64,000 bases of DNA from an uncultured delta proteobacterium. Its GTDB lineage: Bacteria > Desulfobacterota > Syntrophia > Syntrophales > UBA2185. Where the stretch lies: NCBI GenBank assembly GCA_963729715.1, contig CAVSPA010000005.1, positions 512,001-576,000 of the forward strand, written 5' to 3'. Below are positions 10,591 to 21,500 of this stretch, in pieces. The translations under genes were made by a program, and so were the position numbers. Below the pieces are notes generated by a model, which was not told the origin of the DNA, did no database searches, and was given only the letters and a program-made list of their open reading frames with translations. Positions within the stretch are counted from its first letter, which is position 1. Each line of letters starts with the position of its first letter.

Positions 10591-11037
10591 TCAGGCTTTG
10601 CTGCGATCTTCCACCTTCAATTCGAGGACGATGCGCCCCCATCCTCCACACGCCACGCCGACATCAAAGCACCCGGCCCGCTTGAATCTCATCTCATTCG
10701 GATCAGCGCCTGCATAAAGAAACTCGGTTGCCGTAAAAATCTGAGGCATGATGACACTCAACGCATAGATGCATATCCTTTTTGGAGAGAGTGCCGCAAG
10801 AAGGTTTCCCGCACTGTCAAAGTAAAACCTATCGCCGACCTTGTGCTGGCTGTTGCATCCATACGAGTCCACCACTTCTGCAATGATTGTCTTATTCATG
10901 AGTTCCGGCACCATGGATAAGATTTCTTCATTTCGAGGATTATCCCGAAATATTTTCATCTCTGCATCAGTATATCCCAAACGCTTTTGTATCATCTGCC
11001 ACTTTTGCGTCTCCCACGTTTTGTCGCCAGTGGTCAT
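10591..11037 (-). CDS. Conserved hypothetical protein, TIGR04076-like Cys/His pattern
   Basis: AEVVDSYGCNSQHKVGDRF...ICIYAL...GCFD. Confidence 0.55.
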   Translation of the reverse strand: MTTGDKTWETQKWQMIQKRLGYTDAEMKIFRDNPRNEEILSMVPELMNKTIIAEVVDSYGCNSQHKVGDRFYFDSAGNLLAALSPKRICIYALSVIMPQIFTATEFLYAGADPNEMRFKRAGCFDVGVACGGWGRIVLELKVEDRSKA

Positions 11038-11071
11038 CCTGTTCCTCCATCTTATCTGTTAATTTGTATTA

Positions 11072-11500
11072 TTACTTTTTCTCCCATGATTCGATTCCGC
11101 CCTTTATCACCTTGAAGAATGGGTGAGCCCGCGGTTTCTTGACTGCAAGAATTTTCTTATGTCGTGCTGGATCGCGTAACTTCAGTTTTGTCTTGAGATG
11201 ATTCAACTCGTACTTGAGTTGTCCGTCCGCTACTGGAATTTTCGAACATCGCTGCTTGGGGCCAATCTTGGCTATGTCAAAATGATATCCACGCCTGACG
11301 GTTTCCTCGTAAACGTACCAAAGATAACAATCTATCGCAACCGTGGGCTGCAGATGAGCATTAAATCTATCTATCTGGGGGTGATCCTTATAGCTTTTTG
11401 TCTGGCGTTGCAAGACCTTTCGGGCGAGCAGGCCCTCCCGCCAGAGAGCAACGAGTCCCCTCGCGTCAAGGTATTCGGGATGTAAAGACCACAAACGCAT
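11072..11500 (-). CDS. Pyrimidine dimer DNA glycosylase / T4 endonuclease V-like protein
   Basis: MRLWSLHPEYLDARGLVALWREGLLA, HPQ, RRGYHFD. Confidence 0.85.
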   Translation of the reverse strand: MRLWSLHPEYLDARGLVALWREGLLARKVLQRQTKSYKDHPQIDRFNAHLQPTVAIDCYLWYVYEETVRRGYHFDIAKIGPKQRCSKIPVADGQLKYELNHLKTKLKLRDPARHKKILAVKKPRAHPFFKVIKGGIESWEKK

Positions 11501-11539
11501 GGGCCGTATCTCCGCCGTTCCTTAGCATAGGCATCTGTT

Positions 11540-11992
11540 CTATGCTTGCTTCCCGGTCACTCGCGCAATCACTACTTTTATTACTGTGGTCTTTGTCATT
11601 ATGTCTTCAGGAAAAATATATTCCTTGCCTGAATACTGAGCCATGATAAGTTCCAGGGCTTTATTTTTGCCTTCCTGATCATCCTCGATTTCTGCGGTTC
11701 CAAATCCTATGACGCTGCGATACTTGATTCCCCAGCGACAGCCCTGCTCTGCTTCCCTCATCCCCTCAGGGATATCGAACTCGAAGCAAACTCGGCTATT
11801 CCTGCGAAGGATATCGATCTTTCTCCCATCGGAGGCACTGTGGAAATAAAGCGCCTCCCCGTCATATCCAAAGCACAGCGGGACGATATAGGGTTCTTCA
11901 CCATCAGCCAACCCCAAGCGGCATACCAGACACTGCCGGATTATGGCGTCAATCACTGCTCTATTTTTGATTTCCCTCTCGCTTCGCCTCAT
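11540..11992 (-). CDS. Pyridoxamine 5'-phosphate oxidase-like (NimA-type) flavin-binding protein
   Basis: MRRSEREI, PYIVPLCFGY, LYFHSASDGRKID, YRSVIGFG. Confidence 0.9.
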   Translation of the reverse strand: MRRSEREIKNRAVIDAIIRQCLVCRLGLADGEEPYIVPLCFGYDGEALYFHSASDGRKIDILRRNSRVCFEFDIPEGMREAEQGCRWGIKYRSVIGFGTAEIEDDQEGKNKALELIMAQYSGKEYIFPEDIMTKTTVIKVVIARVTGKQA

Positions 11993-12037
11993 TACGTCCT
12001 CTCAATATTTTACAAGCAGGGTAATTGCAATCCGTTC

Positions 12038-12445
12038 TCAGTTTACCTTCTTCGTTGTTTCCTTGGTTTTCTTGTAGCGTTTGCCGTTGAATTGTCAAAC
12101 GCTTTGACGGGACCAGCCGGCACTCTCAGCCGCTATAGTAAGATCCTATAGTCCCTTGTGTTTTACCTTATCGATTGTTACAAAATAGCCTCCGTGCGAG
12201 AGAACTATCACAAATGAATCACCGGCATTACGGAGCACCCAGATCGGACCGAGGGCGGCATCTCATCCACTCGCATCCTGTGTCGTAACGATTAAATTTG
12301 TGGTTTGACCATCTCCGTCAAGATCGACGGCTTTCCCGACGAACTCGCATTTCTGCAGGTCGTCATCTTCAATGGTAAATGTCTGAACAGGCCAGGAAGT
12401 CGATGCGACCATCAACAAACCCAAGAGGAGCAAATTCAGTTTCAT
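12038..12445 (-). pseudogene. Decayed gene for a secreted protein with three in-frame stops
   Basis: The frame of ORF 12263..12445 stays protein-like through TGA 12263-65, TAG 12146-48 and TGA 12095-97 to TGA 12038-40. Confidence 0.6.
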
Positions 12446-12685
12446 ATATTATTTCGCTCTTAGTTTATTGATCCGTGACGTTTAAAATACTACCTTTTCA
12501 TAAAATTACAAGTGTTTTCATAATTATAGTTGAGTGCGTGCTTAATTATTTTGGATACGAGGAACTTCTTTTTCAAGGCAGAAAAAGCCCCTTGCCATAG
12601 AAGGCGGAGCGGTGTATTTACCGGTGTCACCTAAGATTGTTGAAAGAACTTGTGCATTGATGAAGCATGGGAAGACTTGTTTCAT

Positions 12686-13633
12686 ATGAAAAAAGATAAA
12701 ATAGCTGTCGTTTTTCCCGGCCAGGGGGCGCAGCGCCCCGGAATGGGAAAGGATTTCTATGCTAATTTTCCTGTCAGCCGTGAGATTTACGAAGAGGCGT
12801 CTCAATCGGCAGGATGGGACATTGCCGCCATGTGTTTCGGCGACGATGAACGTCTTGACCTGACGGAATTTACCCAACCGTGCATTTTAACTACGGAAAT
12901 TGCCATTTTCCGCGGCTTGGAGGCGCTTTTTGGGCTTTCACCGACCCTCTTTGGCGGTCACAGCCTCGGCGAATTTACCGCCTTGGTTGCCGCCGGCGCC
13001 CTTCCACTGTCTGAGGCTGTGCGCATCGTCCAGATTCGTGGCCGACTGATGCAGGATGCCGTGCCCGTTGGTCACGGAGCCATGGCCGCTGTTATCTTGG
13101 ATAATGTGGATATAACGGCGGTTCGCTTGTCATTGAAGGATCTCCCCATTGACATCGCAAATATCAATTCAGCCAATCAAATAGTTATCAGTGGTAAGGC
13201 TGATGCGATGCCGGAGGCAGAGGCGAGGCTTGAGAAGGCGCTGGCTACTGATAGACCCTTTCGCTTTATCCCGCTTAACGTGAGTGCACCGTTTCACAGT
13301 CGTTTTATGAGCACGATTATCGAGCCCTTTGAGGAAATACTGCGGGCTGTTGGAAAGGGAATAGTTCAAGATAGGTCCGTGACGGTTACCTCAAATTTCA
13401 GGGGTATATTTCATTCAGGCCTGTATGAGGATCTTATTTACAATCTGGTCTCCCAGTTGCATCATCCTGTCCTTTGGGTGGACAATATGAGGGCCCTTGC
13501 GTCGCATACGGAGACGATCTATGAGGTCGGGCCCGGTCGGCCCCTCCGCGATTTTTTCAAGAGTATAAATATAACCTGCACGTCGATTACAACGCTCGCA
13601 ACGGCTGAAAAGACATTTAAGAAAAGCGATTGA
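12686..13633 (+). CDS. fabD: Malonyl-CoA:ACP transacylase
   Basis: FPGQGAQ, TQPCIL, GHSLGE, VSAPFHS, EVGPG. Start at ATG 12686. Confidence 0.92.
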   Translation: MKKDKIAVVFPGQGAQRPGMGKDFYANFPVSREIYEEASQSAGWDIAAMCFGDDERLDLTEFTQPCILTTEIAIFRGLEALFGLSPTLFGGHSLGEFTALVAAGALPLSEAVRIVQIRGRLMQDAVPVGHGAMAAVILDNVDITAVRLSLKDLPIDIANINSANQIVISGKADAMPEAEARLEKALATDRPFRFIPLNVSAPFHSRFMSTIIEPFEEILRAVGKGIVQDRSVTVTSNFRGIFHSGLYEDLIYNLVSQLHHPVLWVDNMRALASHTETIYEVGPGRPLRDFFKSINITCTSITTLATAEKTFKKSD

Positions 13634-14499
13634 CGCCTGTGAAAAAGTGCTTCTTCATCTGTATATGTATCTTTTTTCTTGCATCCGGTGCCATTCCTTT
13701 CATTTGCCCGAAGTCTATTATGCCCTTCGCTTGCACGAGGCCGGGATATGCATCATCCCTCGATACAGGTCTAAACCGCGCCCCAATCGATACCTCAGGA
13801 ACCACCCTTCATAGTATCCGGGTAGTTAATGTATATCCGCACGACCCTGATGCCTTCACGCAGGGACTCGTATTCTACAAGGGGTATATCTACGAGGGAA
13901 CGGGGATTTCGGGACAGTCGAGCATACGCAAGGTTGAGCTTAAGACAGGCAGGGTCTTAAAAAGTCAAGGTCTCGCGGCGGAATACTTCGGTGAGGGCAT
14001 CACTGTCTGCCGGGACAAACTAATCCAGTTGACATGGCAGTCGCACACCGCTTTTGTCTATGATCTTCAATCATTCCGTCTCCTCCAGACATTTTCCTAT
14101 CCAACCGAAGGCTGGGGAATTACCTGTGATGGCAATTACCTCATCATGAGCGACGGTACCGCCGTGCTGCGTTTCCTGGACACCCGGACGTATAAATTGG
14201 TGAAGCAAATCGAGGTACGGGATCGCGGCAGAAGCTTATCGAATATCAATGAGCTCGAATATATTAAAGGCGAGATCTACGCTAACGTGTGGGGTACGGA
14301 TTATATTGTCCGCATCTCAGCACGTACCGGGCAAGTGCTTGGCTGGATTGACCTGAGAGATCTATATCGCTATGTCGGTACGGGCAGAAACCTTGATGTG
14401 TTAAACGGTATTGCGTATGACGCGAAGGGCGATAGGCTGTTTGTGACGGGAAAATACTGGCCTAATCTCTTTGAGATTAGGTTGGAGGCTCTTAAGTAG
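13630..14499 (+). CDS. Glutaminyl-peptide cyclotransferase (type I QC), probably exported or membrane-anchored
   Basis: YPHDPDAFTQGL, FGEGIT, QLTW, EGWGIT, NELEY, VLNGIA, VTGKYW; hydrophobic N-terminus. Confidence 0.92.
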   Translation: MTPVKKCFFICICIFFLASGAIPFICPKSIMPFACTRPGYASSLDTGLNRAPIDTSGTTLHSIRVVNVYPHDPDAFTQGLVFYKGYIYEGTGISGQSSIRKVELKTGRVLKSQGLAAEYFGEGITVCRDKLIQLTWQSHTAFVYDLQSFRLLQTFSYPTEGWGITCDGNYLIMSDGTAVLRFLDTRTYKLVKQIEVRDRGRSLSNINELEYIKGEIYANVWGTDYIVRISARTGQVLGWIDLRDLYRYVGTGRNLDVLNGIAYDAKGDRLFVTGKYWPNLFEIRLEALK

Positions 14500-14507
14500 A
14501 CGGTATT

Positions 14508-15194
14508 CTATAGCAGGGACATTGTCCAGCCCTGTTTTTGGTCGTCCCGGATCTGGTTTTCCTTCAGGTGCTGTTCAATTTTTTTCCGCCTATTTTCAAA
14601 GGCTTCGTTATCCATGTTCTCAGGTACATATATGGGGCTATCCCAGCGTATGACGACCGTGCTGAATGGTTTTGGTATGATAGAGCGATCCCAGCTATTA
14701 AGCACCCAAGCCCGGTTAACTGAGATATAGATCGGGACAATGGGAACACCGGACAGTTGTGCCATCGCTATAAGCCCCGGCTTTACAACCCCTCTGGGGC
14801 CTCTCGGCCCATCAAGAGCGTGCACGGCCATCTGATTTTCTGCTAAATCCGCAATCATATCGGCAAGGGCCTCCTTGCCACCACGGGAGCTCGATCCCCT
14901 TACTGGCCTGAAATTGAGAAGGCTGGCGACTCCGGCAATTAGATCACCATCACGGCTCTGGCTGATCATCGCGGATGGCGCATAGACACTAAATTTCCTT
15001 GCATAACCCACGACTGGAATAATACGCTGGTGCCAGATCGCGACGATCATCTTCTGACCGCTCTTCAGGTATTGCAGGGTCATCTCCTCATTTACAGCCC
15101 TGATCCTAATCAGGGAAAGGTATGCACGGACAAGATAATAGGCAACGGGAATGAGTCCGTATTTCAGTGCTAAGCGTGAGAGGTACTTGATCAT
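14508..15194 (-). CDS. Lysophospholipid acyltransferase family protein (DUF374-like)
   Basis: IWHQR, SQSRDGD, VRGSSSRGG, DGPRGP, SWDR..IPKPFS. Confidence 0.85.
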   Translation of the reverse strand: MIKYLSRLALKYGLIPVAYYLVRAYLSLIRIRAVNEEMTLQYLKSGQKMIVAIWHQRIIPVVGYARKFSVYAPSAMISQSRDGDLIAGVASLLNFRPVRGSSSRGGKEALADMIADLAENQMAVHALDGPRGPRGVVKPGLIAMAQLSGVPIVPIYISVNRAWVLNSWDRSIIPKPFSTVVIRWDSPIYVPENMDNEAFENRRKKIEQHLKENQIRDDQKQGWTMSLL

Positions 15195-15205
15195 ACAGTC
15201 CGCTC

Positions 15206-16288
15206 TTAAGCTTTCTTTACATAAATGGGGTTCGAAAATATCCAGGGCCGGTATTTGCCGAGGACTCTAAGATAGGCTTCAACCCTGTAAACTCCGGGCT
15301 TACTGATGCTGCCCGTCAGATCTTGACCGATCTCTTCCCTAATCAAGGTTCCGTCTTTGATGATGCGTATCTTTGCAGTCGCAGGAAATGTTGCGGTGAG
15401 GCAAGCCTCGTTTTCAAGCATGAAGTCATCACCCATACAGGCGCTCTGGCTGTTATCCGTTAAGACAAGTGAGAATCCCTTGGATTCGTGGAAAGACTCT
15501 CCGGCAACATACACCCTTCCCTTCTTCAGGGCAGACAGCAGCGCTGCAATATCCTTCGCATGATCCCTAACCAAAGGTCTTTCGGTGATCACGTGGGTCC
15601 TCATAAATTTGAATGCCTTAACAAAGGGGAAGATAGATAGGTTCAAACCCAGCACCCTCTTATGGGTGTCATGATTATCGAGCTCACCGATACCCACCAC
15701 TTTGGCGTTCCTGTTCAGCCGATCCCAGCGTTCCAGGGTTACCTTTCTCGGTCCCGTGAGAAAGAAAGCGGGAAAGAGAAAGCTCAGTATCGATCTGGGA
15801 TATCCCCTCAGGGTGTTTTGCCAATCTGTCATGAAATCCCATATCCCCATGCCTGTATAACCTGTTACCCCCCAGTCTAACCAGGGGTAATGTTTCACGT
15901 GAAACAATTTCGTTCCCTCATGATCCGGGTGAGCAATGAACCCCATTCCCCCCCTGACCTGAACCTCATTCACGTATATCTGGGGATCAATGTCTCGTTC
16001 ATCCTCGGTGATGACCACAGGTGTATCAATCTGGAAGGCAAGGTAATGGTTGAAACGCGGGGCAATTTCCTGACCGACTATGAGCAGGGTATCGCCGTGC
16101 CACCCTTCAAATCCTTCTTCCCTCGCCCGCATATTGGAGTGGTCCGTAAGCATGACAAAGTCAATGCCGTTGATCCTCGCCGCCTCCAAAATTTCTGCTA
16201 TGGGAGCCCTGCCGTCGAACGAGTAGGCTGAGTGGCTATGGATAATACCCGTATAGTCATAGAAGTTAGGCATAGAACCCTGCTTCAT
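15206..16288 (-). CDS. PHP-domain metallohydrolase
   Basis: HSHSAYSFDG, LTDH, IAHP, DNH. Confidence 0.8.
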   Translation of the reverse strand: MKQGSMPNFYDYTGIIHSHSAYSFDGRAPIAEILEAARINGIDFVMLTDHSNMRAREEGFEGWHGDTLLIVGQEIAPRFNHYLAFQIDTPVVITEDERDIDPQIYVNEVQVRGGMGFIAHPDHEGTKLFHVKHYPWLDWGVTGYTGMGIWDFMTDWQNTLRGYPRSILSFLFPAFFLTGPRKVTLERWDRLNRNAKVVGIGELDNHDTHKRVLGLNLSIFPFVKAFKFMRTHVITERPLVRDHAKDIAALLSALKKGRVYVAGESFHESKGFSLVLTDNSQSACMGDDFMLENEACLTATFPATAKIRIIKDGTLIREEIGQDLTGSISKPGVYRVEAYLRVLGKYRPWIFSNPIYVKKA

Positions 16289-16936
16289 TCAATAGACCGG
16301 TGACTGGAGTGGACAGCTTTCACAACGGGGCTTTCGGCTGCAAAAATATTTTCCTGTGTTAACGAAAAGGGCATGATACTGATTGTACAGGGGGACGTTG
16401 TGCGGAAGGCGCGTCATAAAAAGATTCTGAATTTCCTTATACGTTGCGTCACTGCGGATTATATCATGCCTCTGTAAAACCCTTCTGGTATAGGCATCGA
16501 CGACAAAAATGGGCTTTTCTCCCGCATAGAGAAGGATGCTGTCGGCTGTTTCCTCGCCAATGCCCTTGACCGCAAGCAGCTTTGCTCTCAGGTGCCAAAG
16601 GTCTTCCGCAAACATGTTGTCCAGTTTGCCGCCATACTCATCGTATAAGAATCGTATAAACGATTTTAGTCTCCGGGTCTTGATATTGTAATATCCCGCC
16701 GGTCTAATGAGGTCGGCGAGTGTCGACTCATCTATCCCTAATATTCCCGCAGGGTGAAGAAGCTCTTGGGATTTCAGCCTGGCTATAGCCTTTTCGACAT
16801 TTCGCCAGGCTGTGTTCTGAGTCAATATCGCCCCGACTATAACTTCAAAAGGGGAATTGCCGGGCCACCAATTGAGGTCACCGAAGTGGGCGTTAAGCGT
16901 TTTGTAGATCGCAAGCAGATAATGACCCCTCTTCAT
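16289..16936 (-). CDS. Endonuclease III-like HhH-GPD protein
   Basis: FEVIVGAILTQNTAWRNV, KGIGEETADSILLYA, FVVDAYTRR, C-terminal cysteines. Confidence 0.9.
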   Translation of the reverse strand: MKRGHYLLAIYKTLNAHFGDLNWWPGNSPFEVIVGAILTQNTAWRNVEKAIARLKSQELLHPAGILGIDESTLADLIRPAGYYNIKTRRLKSFIRFLYDEYGGKLDNMFAEDLWHLRAKLLAVKGIGEETADSILLYAGEKPIFVVDAYTRRVLQRHDIIRSDATYKEIQNLFMTRLPHNVPLYNQYHALFVNTGKYFCSRKPRCESCPLQSPVY

Positions 16937-16974
16937 ACTGGAATCCGGTACCGTCTTTCATACGAGGGCGCTCT

Positions 16975-18438
16975 TTATTTGCGCAGGCTGACAAAGAAAG
17001 TCGAGTTGCCCCTTCTGATCAAAAGAAGAAGGCTTTTCTTTGCACTCTTTTTCGATATCTCCCGCACGTAATCCTTCATGGAGGAAATCTTCACCTTATT
17101 GACTTCCAGGATGATGTCCTGGGGCTGGATACCTTTTTCATCAGCGGGGCTTCCGTCTTTGACATCGACGACAACTACACCGGCCGTCCCGGCGATCCCA
17201 AGATATTGGGCGATTTCCGGTGTGATATCCTGTACCGTCATGCCAAAGGTTTCCTTCGATTCTCTCGCTGAGGCAACCTCAGGTTGGTCCTTCCGCTCCG
17301 TAACAGCAATGTGAAAGGTCTTCTCCTCCCCATCCCTCAAGGCTTTGACCTCTATCTTATCCCCGACATGGAAAGAGGCGATAGTGAGCAGCAACTCATG
17401 GGTATCCTTTATTCTCTTGCCGTTCACCTCTGTTATGAGATCTCCCGCTTTCAGTCCGCCCTTGTCAGCGGGGTCCCCCTTAAACACTTCGGATATCAGT
17501 GCACCGCTATTATCTTTAAGTTTGAGATTCTTGGCTATATCTTCAGTCACATCCTGGACAGAAATACCCAGCCAGCCGCGGGTAACTTTTCCTTTTGATT
17601 TGAGGTCAGGCAGTATGGTTTTGGCCATATTCACTGGTATGGCAAATCCGATACCCTGTCCCTGGACTACGATAGCCGTATTGATGCCTATCACCTTTCC
17701 TTCCATATTGAATAGCGGCCCGCCGCTGTTGCCGGGATTGATCGACGCATCAGTCTGAATGAAATTATCATAGGGACCCGCGCCTATCACCCTGCCCTTG
17801 GCGCTGACTATGCCGGCAGTAACTGTTTGTTCAAGGCCAAAGGGATTCCCGATGGCTAAGACCCAGTCGCCTACACGCGATTTATCGGAATCCCCTATTT
17901 CAGCCACGGGGAGGCTTTCGCTCTGTTTAATCTTTATGAGGGCAAGGTCCGTTTTTGCATCCTTGCCGATCACCTTCGCCTCGTACTCCTTTCCCGTCGA
18001 GAGCTTAACCAGTATCTTGTCAGCCTGCTCCACTACGTGATTGTTGGTAAAGATGTAGCCGTCATGACTGATTATAAAACCGGAGCCAAGGCTTCTCTGC
18101 TTGAATTCCCGCTGAGGTATATCACCGAAGAATCTTTCAAAGAAATCATCGCCCCAGAAATATCTGTCAAAAGGCGTCCTGAATGGGCCTCCACGACCGC
18201 TTCTTACCGTTTTCGTTGTACTGATATTTACGACAGCGGGCTTCAATTTTTCCGCCAAATCGGCAAATGAAAAAGGCACGCGCGGGCTTTCCGGTGATGA
18301 AACCGCCGATACTGTCTGAACATTAGATCCGACGGGAACAAAGGATGACCGCAATACTTCTATAAGGGAAATGATAAAAAACCCTATCAGAAACGCAAGC
18401 AGAAACATGATAAAGGTTTTTCTGTTCTTATTTTCCAT
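16975..18438 (-). CDS. degP: Do/DegP/HtrA serine endoprotease with two PDZ domains
   Basis: LGSGFII, TNNHVV, TDLALIK, IQTDASINPGNSGGPL. Confidence 0.93.
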   Translation of the reverse strand: MENKNRKTFIMFLLAFLIGFFIISLIEVLRSSFVPVGSNVQTVSAVSSPESPRVPFSFADLAEKLKPAVVNISTTKTVRSGRGGPFRTPFDRYFWGDDFFERFFGDIPQREFKQRSLGSGFIISHDGYIFTNNHVVEQADKILVKLSTGKEYEAKVIGKDAKTDLALIKIKQSESLPVAEIGDSDKSRVGDWVLAIGNPFGLEQTVTAGIVSAKGRVIGAGPYDNFIQTDASINPGNSGGPLFNMEGKVIGINTAIVVQGQGIGFAIPVNMAKTILPDLKSKGKVTRGWLGISVQDVTEDIAKNLKLKDNSGALISEVFKGDPADKGGLKAGDLITEVNGKRIKDTHELLLTIASFHVGDKIEVKALRDGEEKTFHIAVTERKDQPEVASARESKETFGMTVQDITPEIAQYLGIAGTAGVVVVDVKDGSPADEKGIQPQDIILEVNKVKISSMKDYVREISKKSAKKSLLLLIRRGNSTFFVSLRK

Positions 18439-18576
18439 CTCTTATTTATTGACCTCCTCGGGGTTGAAACCCTTCACATTGAAATATTTGTGCGCAATTA
18501 GCATATCTACGTGCAAAATACCATTGTTTTTCGTTTATGGCTGAGGCAGTCAAATATCGCGTAAGATGATCTTGAG

Positions 18577-21500
18577 TCAGCTGTCACCCTTCCTGTATGA
18601 TTCCGACATTTGCTCGTGTAACCTCAACGCTTGTAGCATAAACACCTCAAGTTTCGCAGTGATAACCTGCGGAAAAAGGTTCCCATCACTTTCAATAGCC
18701 AGGAAGGGGAGTTCGGTACCCATCTCCCTCGAGAGGATGGCCTCTGACAGGCGGTTCGGCATACAACCAAAGGGCCCGATTGCGATAACGCCGGAGTACC
18801 TGTGGAGTATCTCGGCTAATGCCGCCCCGATTGTCAACACGGCCTCTCCCGTTAGCTCTGGATTGATCACATGCCGGCTCTTACTTATCAGATGATCGAC
18901 ATCATCCAGCTTATATGTGTACAAGCCTGATCGCTCCATGATTTTCTTGAACGTCTTCTCATAGTTTCTCATCCATGCCGATCTCAGCAAGAGGGAAAAC
19001 CGTTCCCGGATGTTGGGTGTGGCCGCGGACAAGCCTTTTTCGAAGCACCAGTCAGTGTAATAGACCCATTCAACAACACTGGAGACTTTGGTTACAAATC
19101 CATGCTCAGCCAGCTTTTCCACAAGGAATTGCCGGGATAAATCGTCATGGCGAACAAATATCTCCCCCGTGAGCAGAATTGCCGGTGTATCATGCACTTG
19201 CCTCGTAAGACGTATCTTTCGAAAGTTATCGGCTACTATCATAAGGGTTCTTCGAAGGTCTCTAAAATTGGGGGCATGCTCGAAAACGCCAATGAGCTTT
19301 TTGGTTTCCTGATCATATATTTCCAAGGCTGATTCTTTATCCACAGCGTTTGTAAGGAGCACGGAATAAATATCCTGCATAATATCAGCGACAACGAGAC
19401 ATGACCAGAGTTTCAAGGTAAATTCATTGCCGCCGATTTCCGTGTAACTATTTTCGGCCTGAGGGGAAAACAGAGCGACGTCTTCAATACCGTTTCGCGC
19501 AATGAGCTGACTAATAAAAGGAGAGTATTGGCCGAACCGGCAGGGACCTGAGGCGGTAGGCATGAAATAAACCAATAGCTCTTCAGATCTATCCCTGTCT
19601 TTTAAGTATTTTAAGAGACTGCCTGCAGTAAGCAGCAGGGGCAGGCACTCCTTGCAGCTTGTGTTGCCCCTTCCGAGTTTGAGAACTTCATCATCTGCGG
19701 GAGGAAGTACTGACGCGCGTATGCCTATTGATCTGAATACGGCAGACGTAGCATCGTTCAGGAATCGCCCCATCGACGGAAAGACGAGATGTATCCGGGG
19801 ATGATGAAACGGGTAACCTGTCCCCCTGGAATCGATGAACTCCTGTTTCCTGTGATCAAAATGTGCTGCCGGAGGTAAAGAATAATATGGAGCGGGAATA
19901 TCACTACGGAACTTTTGCAGTTCTCTGTGATTTTTAATGATATCCATAAATGCTTCAATTCTCGTTTCCAGACCTGCATCTGCTACATGAGAGTCCAATT
20001 CGAGGATCAGGAAGGGCTTTCCCCTCATTATGTGGCGAAAATATCCCACGAGAAAAGAGTCCGGACCGCATGAGAAATTGGTAATATAGCATCCAAAAAG
20101 CTGCGGATGCCTTTCTACGAAACTTGCTCCTTTAAGAATCGACTGTCCAGTTGACCAGTACATGTTATCATCGATGGCTTCTTCATCCAAAGGAAGGAAA
20201 TCAAATGGGACCACGGGCACGCCCCGGGAGGCGAATTTATGGGGTATCCCCATATTTGCTTCCGGCACAAATGCATTGTAAGATCTGCCGAATACAACCA
20301 CCGCGAACCGGTCAGGGTTCTTCTCCAGGTCGCGCAAGAACCATAACCCCGTTGCCTTCATCTCTCTATGCACAGATTTCTGGACTTCTACTGCCTCCGA
20401 GAATGCCCTATGGGCGAGATTCTTACCACGACCGAGCTTTTTCGCCATAGACACAAAGACACTTTCAGCCTTTTCATATCCTCCCGAAAAGTCGATGACC
20501 GGCGTTATTATCTTTCCCTCTTTACTTAAATTTCTTAATATTTCCGTATCCTTGAAAGCGCTTGGGAGATAATAAGGTTCTCCCTGCGACAGGGGGCATG
20601 TTATCCCTTGTTTGCATCCGTTTTCCACGTATGCACCCTTTACGTGGGGTAGAAAGAGATAATCCGGTTTCTTTCGCAAGAGATTTTGAAGATAGCCGTG
20701 AGAAATTTCCGCGGGGTAGCAAAATGGTGCCCTCTGGCGATCGACACCTTCCTGCTCGGAAATGTCCGAAACCAAGACTCGAAAGCCCATACGTGAAAAG
20801 AAACGGTAGTATAGGGGATAGTAAGAATTTACCAGGAAAGACTTATTAATGCCTACTGTTTTCGAATTTTCCTTGACCCCCGGTTCCTCGGATTGAGGAA
20901 TGTACTTTTGAAAAACAAGCCCTTCATGGAGCTTAACAAGGTTCAGGTTTCCCGTATCAAAGTGAATATTAAAACGTTGATTGTACCATTTGTTGCAGGC
21001 ACCGCCGAAGGGATATGTCTTCCCTTCTATTCTGATCCTAGCGACTTCACATTTCCGATCACACTTTTCTTTCCCTCCATTACATGTGAACGGTTCTCCG
21101 TGCTCAATTGTTCTGTCCCTTAGCTCCTTCAGAGAAAACTCTTTTTCCTTGAGGAGATTCAGTTCGAGCATACGTTTGACTTCCAGGGCAACGCCGAAGG
21201 CGCCCATCAGTCCCGCTTCTGGCGGAACTACGATACGTTTCCCTGTAAGAGCCGCCATCGCCATTGGCACCGCCCGGTTATAACAGACACCGCCCTGCAT
21301 AAATATATTATTGCCTACGGGTCTATTCCCCTTGACGCGGTTATCGTAGTTCATGCAGATGGAATACACGAGCCCGGCAACAATATCTTCCCTCGTCATG
21401 CCTTCGTGAGAGGCATTCTTTATATCGCTGCTGATAAACGCCGCGCATTGATCGTTAAAATTCGGAGGCTCTTGTCCCTTTATCGCCATACCGCCTATTG

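Noticed and set aside
12095..12265. Selenocysteine or genetic-code reassignment explaining the in-frame stops
   Set aside because: The stops are mixed (TGA and TAG), no SECIS-like hairpin was recognised, and TGA/TAG terminate many normal genes in this window
9903..12445. Integron cassette array (short co-oriented genes plus a TA module)
   Set aside because: Spacers lack RYYYAAC...GTTRRRY attC structure, and there is no integrase in the window
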